Source: an uncultured Planctomycetota bacterium
Lineage (GTDB): Bacteria > Planctomycetota > Planctomycetia > Pirellulales > Thermoguttaceae
Reading direction: 5' to 3'
NCBI GenBank assembly: GCA_902772705.1
Contig: CACYBR010000134.1
Span: forward strand, 1-55,525
Length of the DNA stretch: 55,525 nucleotides
Part shown: positions 38,276-47,200 of the stretch, one piece after another
How positions within the stretch are numbered: position 1 is the first letter of the stretch
Layout of the letters: every line of letters begins with the position of its first letter
Program-made: the position numbers and the translations under genes
Notes under the pieces: generated by a model
What the model was told of the DNA's origin: nothing
Databases searched by the model: none
Seen by the model: only the letters and a program-made list of their open reading frames with translations

Positions 38276-39103
38276 TTAGTTACTGCAATAATCGATAGCT
38301 CTCGCAAGCTCGCTTTTCATATCCTGTCTCTTAACGATACGATCAATGAATCCATGTTCGAGCTGGAATTCGCTGGACTGAAAACCACTGGGAAGTTCAG
38401 CATGAATCGTCGCGGTAATCGTTCGAGGTCCGGCGAAACCAATAAGAGCGTTCGGTTCGGCGAAAACAACGTCGCCAAGCGACGCAAAGCTCGCGGTGAC
38501 GCCGCCCATTGTTGGATTAGTCAACACGGAAATGAAAAGCCCTCCCGACTGGCGGAAACGCGCGACCGCCGCCGACGTCTTGGGCATCTGCATCAAAGAA
38601 ATGATCCCCTCATGCATGCGCGCGCCGCCCGACGCTGAGAAAACAATCAACGGCAATTTCTGCTCGCCAGCGCGTTCAACAAGCCTTACCAGCTTCTCGC
38701 CAACGACGGATCCCATGCTACCCATTATAAAACGCGAATCCAGCACGCCAAACGCGACCTTTCGTGCCCGAATACGCCCGCTCCCTGTAATAATTGCCTC
38801 TTTCAGTCCCGTTGTCTGGCGTTCATTTACGATTCGGTCCTTATAAGACTTGCGATCGAAAAAGTTCAAGGGATCAGCCGTCACAAGATTGGCGTCCCAT
38901 TCTTCAAAAGTTCCCTCGTCCAACGTCTGCGTAATACGTTCCGGCGCAGAAATCGGCCAATGATAGTTACACTCCGGACAAGTGTCGAGGCGACGTTTAG
39001 CCTCCTTGCGAAAAATCGTAGCCTGACAACCGGGACATCTAACCCAAAGACCCTCGGGCACCCCGCGTTTACGCTTCGATTCAGCAGACTTTTGCCAACC
39101 CAT
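38276..39103 (-). CDS. accD: Acetyl-CoA carboxylase carboxyltransferase beta subunit
   Basis: 275 aa. The N-terminal zinc ribbon is [12 protein letters not shown]...CPECNYHW, followed by a carboxyltransferase core ([21 protein letters not shown]). Confidence 0.9.
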   Translation of the reverse strand: MGWQKSAESKRKRGVPEGLWVRCPGCQATIFRKEAKRRLDTCPECNYHWPISAPERITQTLDEGTFEEWDANLVTADPLNFFDRKSYKDRIVNERQTTGLKEAIITGSGRIRARKVAFGVLDSRFIMGSMGSVVGEKLVRLVERAGEQKLPLIVFSASGGARMHEGIISLMQMPKTSAAVARFRQSGGLFISVLTNPTMGGVTASFASLGDVVFAEPNALIGFAGPRTITATIHAELPSGFQSSEFQLEHGFIDRIVKRQDMKSELARAIDYCSN

Positions 39104-39154
39104 GATCTACAATTTCCTAAGGGAGAATAAAACGAAATTAAACGAATTGATTCC

Positions 39155-39856
39155 TTATCGGGCTGAAAGTGCGTTAAAAGCCGCTTTCTTTAGAAGCTTC
39201 ATCTGAGCGCCATAGTCTTCGGCGCGAAAAACCCCTGTGCCCACAACAAAAAAATTGACGCCTGCCTCTGCCGCAGAACCTATCGTATCGACGTCGATTC
39301 CCCCGTCAATTTCAATGAGCGCGTCAGGACGTGCAAGTTTCCGAAGGACGCGAACCGAATCCAATACGTCCGGATGGAACTTTTGACCGCCAAATCCAGC
39401 AGGAACGCTCATTGTCAGGAGGACGTCCGCTAACTGCGCATAAGGAGCGATCTTCTCCAGAGGCGTTCCATAATTGAGGACTAGTCCGGGCGTGGCGCCA
39501 AGGGCGCGAATCTTTTGAAGAATCTCTGTCGGATCAGGCACGGCTTCAATATGCACGGAAAGCGAATCAGCGCCCGCCTTGCGAAACGCTTCGACGTAGC
39601 GTTCCGGTTCAACTATCATCAAATGCACGTCCAGCTTTAGAGATGTAACTTTACGTATGGACGCGACCACTGGCGCTCCAACGGTAATGTTTGGCACAAG
39701 GAGTCCGTCCATGACGTCAATGTGCAAAACCTGAGCGCCTCCCGCCTCAAGTTTACGTATCTCGCGCTCAAGATTTGCAAAATCAGCAGCCAAAAGAGAC
39801 GGTACGATAACGACTCTTTCTTTTGCCAGTCGACTCGTCCAACTCTCAGAGTTCAC
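39155..39856 (-). CDS. rpe: Ribulose-phosphate 3-epimerase
   Basis: 233 aa. It has PSLLAADFANLEREI, LHIDVMDG.LVPNIT, LDVHLM and VDGGI motifs. Confidence 0.9.
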   Translation of the reverse strand: MNSESWTSRLAKERVVIVPSLLAADFANLEREIRKLEAGGAQVLHIDVMDGLLVPNITVGAPVVASIRKVTSLKLDVHLMIVEPERYVEAFRKAGADSLSVHIEAVPDPTEILQKIRALGATPGLVLNYGTPLEKIAPYAQLADVLLTMSVPAGFGGQKFHPDVLDSVRVLRKLARPDALIEIDGGIDVDTIGSAAEAGVNFFVVGTGVFRAEDYGAQMKLLKKAAFNALSAR

Positions 39857-40144
39857 AGTTCCCTCCCTGCAAAACCATCGTTTCGCAATACGTCGTCTCA
39901 GTCGGCACGACCTGTCTGAAATCGTCCAACCGCATTGTAGAGTATATCGGAAACGGGGAGAAAGTCAAAGAGACCCGACGCTCAAACGCGGTAATTTGAA
40001 TAAATGGCGCGACTCAAAAGAAACGTCTACCATCAGCGTGCGGCAAAGCGTCCAAAGCGGATTCGTTATCCTAAATCCAAGACGCAACATTTGTACTGCT
40101 CCCCTTAAAAACCGCAAAAAAACAAAAGGCCTCTAAACTGGACC

Positions 40145-40173
40145 TTGACAAAAACAGACGACAACGTTATCAA
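40145..40173 (+). promoter_or_regulatory. Candidate topA promoter
   Basis: TTGACA-N17-TATCAA, about 205 nt upstream of the topA ATG. Confidence 0.35.
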
Positions 40174-40378
40174 AATAAACTCAGAATGTTTGGCGTTTGC
40201 CATTTTTCGAGATCATCATTAACCTGGCGTTGGTCAAAACGCCAGCGTCGACGTTCATATTACCCGGCGTTAATCAGACCGCCTTCAGGCACGAAGCGTA
40301 AGGCTTGCAGACGTTTGGTAGACGCCCGTTCGTGTCTGACGCAGTCATTAAATTCGGACAACTTCCTCGGTACACACA

Positions 40379-43249
40379 ATGGTCCAAAGCAAAACACCGT
40401 CTTCAGGTCCCGCGCTAGTCATCGTAGAATCACCCGCTAAGGCTAAGACTATCGGCAAATATCTTGGACCTGGCTATATAGTTGAAGCAAGCGTCGGACA
40501 CGTCCGTGACCTTGCCAAGGGCGCGAGCAAACTCCCTCCGGAGTTTCGCAAAAAACCCTGGGCGCGACTCGCGGTTAACGTCGACTCCAACTTCGAGCCT
40601 TTTTACGAGATCCCTTCAGACAAGCTCAAGCAAGTCGCCAAACTGAAGGCCCAGCTCAAGTCCGCTTCTTCTCTCTATCTCGCAACGGATGAAGACCGCG
40701 AAGGAGAAGCAATCAGTTGGCATCTACTTGAAATTCTCAAACCTAAGGTTCCTGTCAGGCGTCTTGTCTTCCATGAGATCACGAAGAACGCCATCCTCAA
40801 CGCGCTCAACCATACTCGCGATCTCAATATGGATCTCGTAAAAGCGCAGGAAACGCGTCGGATTCTGGACCGCCTTTACGGCTATGAATCTTCGCCCCTT
40901 CTCTGGCATAAGATCAGCAGACCCGGCACGTCGACAGGAAACAATCTGTCAGCAGGGCGTGTTCAAAGCGTCGCCGTTCGTTTAATTGTCGATCGGGAAC
41001 GCGAAAGAATGGCGTTTCACAGCGCCGACTTCTGGGACGTCCTTGGCGAATTCGTCACGAGCGGCGCCAATAGTTTTCAGGCGACATTGACCTCTGTCGC
41101 GGACAAAGCAATTCCTTCTGGTAAGGACTTTGATCCTTCGAATGGTCTTCTCAAAACGCCTTCTAAATTTACCCTCCTCGATGAAAAGGCAACGCAGGAA
41201 CTCGTTGATCGTCTTAGTAAAAGCCAGGCGATCGTAGAATCGGTAGATGAAAAGCCGTACACAACTCGTCCATACGCGCCGTTTACAACCAGCGCGCTTC
41301 AGCAGGAAGCCAACCGAAAGCTTAATTTTACGGCGCGAAAGACAATGAGCGTTGCTCAGAGCCTGTATGAAAACGGTCGCATCACTTATATGCGTACCGA
41401 TTCAACGAACCTCTCATGGGAAGCGATCAACGCCGCGCGCGAGCTTGTCAAAGTCCACTATGGAGAGGAGTTTCTTCCTGAAAAACCACGCGTTTATCAA
41501 ACCAAAGTTAAAAACGCTCAGGAAGCGCACGAAGCGATTCGTCCCGCCGGAAACAGTTTTCCTCTCCCGGACGAGCTGCGTTCACAACTTTCTTACGACG
41601 AGTATCTTCTCTACGATCTGATCTGGAAGCGCACAGTCGCGAGCCAGATGACCGATTCCAGAGGAATGCGAAAGACCATAGTCGTCGCCATTGACGACGC
41701 TCGTTTTCAGGTAGGCGGCAAAACAATCGTCTTTCCTGGCTATCTGCGCGCATATGTCGAAGGCAAGGACGATCCTAACGCGGAACTAGCCGATCAGGAA
41801 ACGCTCCTTCCAGACGTTAAACAGGGCGACGCTCTCGAAACCCGTGAACTCAAGCCTCAGAAGCATACGACTTCGCCGCCGCAGAGATATTCAGAGGCTT
41901 CTTTGACCAAAACCCTCGAAGATAAGGGTATCGGTCGTCCGAGCACCTATGCCTCGACTATCGACGTCATTCTCAAGCGTAACTATGTCTTTAAAAAGGG
42001 GGGCGCGCTCGTTCCAACCTGGACTGGCATTGCCGTTTGCCAACTCATGGAAAAACACTTTCCTGAGCTTGTCGATTATGGTTTCACTGCCGATATGGAA
42101 AACGCTCTTGACGAAATCAGCAACGGTAATCGAGATGAAACCTCATATCTCAGAGCTTTCTATTTTGGCGACGTCGACAATCATCCCTCAGACGGCGCTC
42201 AAAGCGAATTCCCATTTCCCCCTACGTTCGCCGCTGGCCTAAAACGCCAGATCGAAAATAAGATGGCCGAAATTGATCCTCGTGACGCCAGTCAGTTCCT
42301 CATCGGAACTCCGATCAACGAGGACGGTTCAAAAGGCGTTCCGGTCTTCGTTCGCGTCGGACACTACAGCCTGTATCTTGAACAGGGCGACGTTCATGCT
42401 CGCTTTCCCGACGATATGCCGCCCGACGAACTCACCCTTGAAAAGGCGCTTGAACTGATTAATGCGTCCAAAGCGGCTGACGAACCCATTGGAAAGCACC
42501 CAGAAACAGGCAAACCGATCTATCTTAAGAACGGTCCTTATGGTCGGTACGTTCAATGCGGCGATCTGAAGGACGATGAAGAACCGCAAAAAGCGTCGTT
42601 GCTCAAGGGAATGACAGAAAGCGACGTCACGCTCGACGTAGCTTTGCAACTACTCAGTCTCCCCAAGTCGCTTGGGGTCGACCCGTCAATAAACGAACCG
42701 GTGCTCGTGTGTAATGGTCGTTTTGGTCCTTTTGTCAAACGCGGCTCTGAAACGCGTTCTCTTCCCGCAGGAGTATCGCCGTTTACGATAACGTTAGACG
42801 AGGCGCTTGCGCTTCTCGCTCAGGAAAAATATCGTGCTCGTAAAAAAGCGACTAAATCAGAACCTCTCAAGACGTTTGGGAATTCGCCAGTTACTGGCGA
42901 AGAGGTCAAACTTCTCAAAGGTCCCTATGGTCCGTTCGTTACCGACGGAAAGGTAAACGCCTCAATTCCCAAAGATCTCTCTCTGGAAGATCTGACTTCA
43001 GAAAGGGCTCTCGAGCTTCTCGCAGCTCGTGCGGCGCGAGGCGCGACCACGAGAAAAAGAGCCGCAAAGAAAGCTTCGACGAAAAAGACGACGACCAAAA
43101 AAACGACGGCTAAGAAGACGGCTGCCAAAAAGACTACTGTGAAGAAGAAAGCAACGAAAAAAGCAGCCAAGAAAACAACCGCCAAAAAAACGACCCGTAT
43201 AACTAACAAACAAGCGTCGCCAGACGGTACTTCGGAGCCCCCGTTCTGA
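40379..43249 (+). CDS. topA: DNA topoisomerase I (type IA) with cysteine-less C-terminal repeats and a Lys-rich tail
   Basis: 956 aa. The Toprim region is LVIVESPAKAKTIGKYLG...ATDEDREGEAISWH and the active-site region is ITYMRTDS. C-terminal repeats are GPYGRYVQ, GRFGPFVK and GPYGPFVT. The tail is KKASTKKTTTKKTTAKKTAAKKTTVKKKATKKAAKKTTAKK. Confidence 0.92.
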   Translation: MVQSKTPSSGPALVIVESPAKAKTIGKYLGPGYIVEASVGHVRDLAKGASKLPPEFRKKPWARLAVNVDSNFEPFYEIPSDKLKQVAKLKAQLKSASSLYLATDEDREGEAISWHLLEILKPKVPVRRLVFHEITKNAILNALNHTRDLNMDLVKAQETRRILDRLYGYESSPLLWHKISRPGTSTGNNLSAGRVQSVAVRLIVDRERERMAFHSADFWDVLGEFVTSGANSFQATLTSVADKAIPSGKDFDPSNGLLKTPSKFTLLDEKATQELVDRLSKSQAIVESVDEKPYTTRPYAPFTTSALQQEANRKLNFTARKTMSVAQSLYENGRITYMRTDSTNLSWEAINAARELVKVHYGEEFLPEKPRVYQTKVKNAQEAHEAIRPAGNSFPLPDELRSQLSYDEYLLYDLIWKRTVASQMTDSRGMRKTIVVAIDDARFQVGGKTIVFPGYLRAYVEGKDDPNAELADQETLLPDVKQGDALETRELKPQKHTTSPPQRYSEASLTKTLEDKGIGRPSTYASTIDVILKRNYVFKKGGALVPTWTGIAVCQLMEKHFPELVDYGFTADMENALDEISNGNRDETSYLRAFYFGDVDNHPSDGAQSEFPFPPTFAAGLKRQIENKMAEIDPRDASQFLIGTPINEDGSKGVPVFVRVGHYSLYLEQGDVHARFPDDMPPDELTLEKALELINASKAADEPIGKHPETGKPIYLKNGPYGRYVQCGDLKDDEEPQKASLLKGMTESDVTLDVALQLLSLPKSLGVDPSINEPVLVCNGRFGPFVKRGSETRSLPAGVSPFTITLDEALALLAQEKYRARKKATKSEPLKTFGNSPVTGEEVKLLKGPYGPFVTDGKVNASIPKDLSLEDLTSERALELLAARAARGATTRKRAAKKASTKKTTTKKTTAKKTAAKKTTVKKKATKKAAKKTTAKKTTRITNKQASPDGTSEPPF

Positions 43250-43274
43250 TCTTCTTCACAAAGCAGTGCAACGA

Positions 43275-43310
43275 AAACCTGACAGGATGAAATTCTGTCA
43301 GGTTTTTTTA
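43275..43310 (+). terminator. Rho-independent terminator of topA
   Basis: aaaacctgacag - 9-nt loop - ctgtcaggtttt, followed by a T-run. Confidence 0.8.
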
Positions 43311-43703
43311 TCATAAAGATCCCCAAAGCTCTGGAAGGACGCGTCGCTGGAATCCGGCAGTAAGCGGCGTATCAACGGGACGTGTTTCGGAAAACGGAAA
43401 GTCTTATCGAATTGTTTATTCAATCGTGCGTTAGTCTTTATATGACGCCCCAATGTACTTCTCATCCGTTATGAACTCGACAACCAAGCCCAAACGCTTT
43501 CACGACGCCATGTCTACGTTCCTCAAATAGAAAACCTTCAAACTAAAAAGACTTGTCTGTCTGTTCAACACGGGAATGTCCTACGCAACCACTCGATGTT
43601 ATTTAGCTCTTCCAGCGCGTTGAACCGCCCTCGTTATTGCCTGATGGAACGAACTCACTCAATCGTGCTTTCCTTCGTAAAATACGAGAAAGCTTGTACC
43701 AAT

Positions 43704-43748
43704 AAAAAAACTCCGTTCTTTACCCTTAGGGAAAAAACGGAGTTTTTC
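43704..43748 (-). terminator. Terminator downstream of the tRNA-Ala/tRNA-Val pair
   Basis: The stem is aactccgtt with aacggagtt. The flanking A and T runs give UUUUUAUU on the minus strand. Confidence 0.65.
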
Positions 43749-43809
43749 AATGTTTTTTCTTAAAAACACGCCTATTGCAAACCAATTATCCGCAACAAGC
43801 CAACACCAA

Positions 43810-43883
43810 TGGGCGACAGCAGACTCGAACTGCTGACCTCCGCCGTGTGAAAGCGGCGCTCTAACCAACTGAGCTAGTCGCCC
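43810..43883 (-). tRNA. tRNA-Val (anticodon CAC)
   Basis: I hand-folded the reverse complement: GGGCGAC-UA-GCUC-AGUUGGUUA-GAGC-G-CCGCU-UUCACAC-GGCGG-AGGUC-AGCAG-UUCGAGU-CUGCU-GUCGCCC-A. It is a 74-nt cloverleaf. The 3' CCA is not encoded. Confidence 0.9.
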
Positions 43884-43918
43884 CTGTAAAAAAAATACCG
43901 GTCAAAAACCGGTATTAG

Positions 43919-43991
43919 TGGAGAGTAAGGGAGTCGAACCCTCGACCTCGACATTGCGAACGTCGCGCTCTCCCAACTGAGCTAACTCCCC
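43919..43991 (-). tRNA. tRNA-Ala (anticodon CGC)
   Basis: Reverse complement: GGGGAGU-UA-GCUC-AGUUGGGA-GAGC-G-CGACG-UUCGCAA-UGUCG-AGGUC-GAGGG-UUCGACU-CCCUU-ACUCUCC-A. The G3:U70 Ala identity pair is present. The 3' CCA is not encoded. Confidence 0.9.
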
Positions 43992-44051
43992 GAAGGAAAT
44001 TCTGAAGGAGAACGTTGAAACAAACCCACCGTTCACCAAAAGAACACTATC

Positions 44052-44079
44052 ATTCTAACGGCTCTTTCTTATTCGTCAA
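44052..44079 (-). promoter_or_regulatory. Candidate promoter of the tRNA-Ala/tRNA-Val operon
   Basis: The minus strand reads TTGACG-N16-TAGAAT, about 55-60 nt upstream of the tRNA-Ala 5' end. Confidence 0.5.
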
Positions 44080-44129
44080 CGGGTATTTTAGTTTTTTTCC
44101 AAAAGACGCGGATCAAACCGATCTCAACT

Positions 44130-44163
44130 AAAAAAGCCAGAATCTTGAAATCAAGACTCTGGC
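44130..44163 (-). terminator. Rho-independent terminator of the autotransporter gene
   Basis: The minus strand reads gccagagtctt-gatttc-aagattctggc, an 11-bp stem with one mismatch. UUUUUU follows. Confidence 0.7.
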
Positions 44164-44221
44164 TTTCAGTATTCCTCAAAAGAGGCTGATATCAATCTCA
44201 GTCAGTTCATACCGTCGAAGA

Positions 44222-47200
44222 TCACCAGGTGTAGGTCATGCCCGCATGACCGTTGACGTAGGAGGTGTAATCGTTGACCTGAACGTCAGCGCCGCCAAAG
44301 ACGCTGAACGAGTCCGTATAGTGAATCTTCCCCCCAATACCGGCGTAAATCCAATCACGTCCTGTGCTATTGCCGATGATTCGGATCGAACCGTCAGGTC
44401 GCCCAGCAAGCGAAATATAGCTGTCAGGCGAAGCGTCCAGGAACTCGTGCGTCCAGTTAGTGTACGCGTTGAAATCAAACTGGCGCGCTCCGAGAAGAGT
44501 CGATTTAAGCCAACGCACGCCTAGCACGCCTTCGAGGCTGTTGTAATCGACGTCGCCAGTCTTGACGCTCAAAGAACGGAGCGCTCCCACTTCCTTATAA
44601 TCGTCGGCATGCAGGTGCGTATACTGCAGACCTCCGTAAGGCTGAAGGTTAGAAGCCGGAAGGCAGAAGTTGAAACCTCGCTCGAGGTAAGCGCTCCCGG
44701 ACCACCCGTCTGCTTCCCCATTATAGCGCAACGCCGCTGAACGAGACAGTTCGATCGAACGCGTAACGTCATAATCGGAAATTCCGATCGAACCTGTCGC
44801 AAACGTGTATCCCCAGTCGTCAGAGAATCGGAGATACGCCCCAAACTGCTCGTCGTTAAGTTTAACCCTTCCCATCGGATTGCCGGCGTCGAGCTGCAGG
44901 TTGCTGTACGAGAAGAAGAAACCAAACTGGTTCGTCGCGCTACTTCCAACCTCAACGCCTACCATTCCGCCAAGAAGATCAAAGTTGTAGCCGGAAGTTC
45001 CATTATGAGCGTCGGCGTCGCCGAAGGCTGCGAGAGCGCTCATCCAACCGGTAAGCCCACCTTCTTCTTCATAAGTCTGACCGCGCAACGCAGAAAGCGC
45101 GCCAACCGTTATGCCGGTCGTTGAGTCTGGCAGTACGTTCTGGGTCAACGTCTGACGAATCAGGTTATGAGACTGAACCTGAGCCTTGAACGCTGAGAGA
45201 CGAAGCTCGCCCGTAAGCTGGTTAAGAACGTGAGGATTGCTGTCGATTTCGTTTTCAAGCTGGTTGATGAAATTATTTGTGTCGGAGTCCATCGAGCCGC
45301 TATCGACCCAACTGTCAAGGTATCGGCCAATAGCCTTCTCGTTCGGAGAGGTTCCAACTTCAGCAAAGAGCGAATCTTTCAAAACAAGGTTGAACTTGCC
45401 GTCGGCCAAAGATTCGCGGTCTACAACAAAACGCTTACCCGAAATATCGTCGTAAATCAGAAACTTCGAGTCGTCGGCGGTCAGATTGCCGGCGGAAGTC
45501 TCGACAATCGTCAGATTGGAACCGCTGGCAAGGTCTGCGCCACTGGACGCCGTGTCAACATAAATCGCGCCGCTATTGAGCGCGACAGTCGCATTTTCAT
45601 CGGTTGTCTTGAAGTTCGTGTAGTTGTCCGCATCGAGAACGTTGACATAGATCGTGCCGCCGTCCATGGTCAGCGCAGAATCAGTATCATTAAGGAAGAC
45701 GGTTCCCGTACTGAGCATGTTCAGGACGCCAGAGTTCAGTTTAACAGAACCGAGCGAATCCGTCCAGCCGGCAAGCACGCCGCCTGAAATCACAACGGAA
45801 GAAGCTCCGAGCTGATCGTTGACAGCTGACGCGCTCGTCCCAAGCTGAAGAATTCCTTCATTGACTGCGACCGAATCAAACCCTCCCGTACCGTCGAGAA
45901 TCAACGTGCCGTCGCCCTTCTTGATAAGGTTGCCGGAACCTTCAATCGCGCTGTGTAGCTGAACGGTCGCGTAGTTATTCGCAACACTGAAGGTCAGTTC
46001 ATTCGAGTCTTCGCCAACGAAGTGGATATCGTCGCTGAAGTCGACCGTCCCTGTGTATTGCGTATAGCTTCCATTCTGATCTGCCTGAAGCTTAAGAACG
46101 TCGTTTATCGCAATAGTACCTTCGCCGTCGATATTGATATCGGATCCCCAAAGAGAAGTCCAAACGCCGTCCGAGCCCTGATCGCCATAATCCATCACCA
46201 GGGAACCGCCTTTGCTCAGAGTCGTAGCGCGTCGATAAGCGCCGTACTCGGCTCCGGACGTGTTATCGCCCGAAAGAATGAGTGAGGAACCGTTGGTAAC
46301 AAGCGTTTCGCCATAGTAGGACCGACCTGCGCCCGCATTAAGCTTAACAGAACCGCCGCCGTCAATAGTCGTAACGGAGTCGTCAAGCCACTGAACCGAA
46401 CTCGTCAGACCGTTAAGCGTTAACGTCGTGCCAGAAGTCGCGTTTATCGTAAGGTTATTATCAAAATCAAGAGCGCCAAGCGTCGTCGATGCGGCGACGT
46501 TGAGTTTTCCATGAGCGCCAAGGTTGATCGTCGAGTTCTCGGAACCTGCGTTCGGCGAAGCAAGGGTCAACTGCGCGTTGTTATCATATGCTGCTATCGT
46601 TCCAGACCAGTCAGAATTGTCTCCGTTCAGAACCCACGGCGCTACGTTCCCTTCACTGTCGACGACGTTTTCGAGGAAGAGCCAGCCCGAACCTGCAAGA
46701 TTGGCGGCTATCCTCGTCGAAGTATTCTGATTGCTGAGAACGAGTTCGTCGTTCTCGCCGATCTCAACCACGCTGCCTGCGTTCGAAGCATTGAAATGAT
46801 TGAGAACAATCGTCGCGCCATTGGTCGTGGAATGGAGAAAACGCCCCGCAGACCAAACTTCCATTTCGAAATCGTTGCTCAGATAAGAACCCCCGTCATA
46901 ATGGTTTTCACCAAGAGAAAGGGTTCCGGCAACAATTTGGATCGACTTGACGTTCGAATCATTTGTAAGATTTAGCGTCCATTCGCCAGTTCCATCTTTG
47001 TAAATGGTCGTTCCTTCATCGTCGGCGACAATTGTACCGTCGAACGCGGCCTCGCCGGAATCAAAATTGACGACAAGATTTTTGGCGCCAACTTCGAGAA
47101 CGCCGTTTCCTTCAGAACTCAGCTTGCCAAGATCTACATTTGCGTCGGAAGAATTCACGATATTGAGCGTACCCGACTTAATTATGGTCGTCGCGTGATC

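Noticed and set aside
43659-43868. 69-aa minus-strand ORF
   Set aside because: It overlaps tRNA-Val and the tRNA terminator, so it is not a gene.
43330-44221. Possible genomic-island or integration hotspot at the tRNA-Ala/tRNA-Val pair
   Set aside because: There is no integrase, no direct repeat of a tRNA 3' end and no compositional break that I could see. The flanking DNA is explained by the promoter and terminators.
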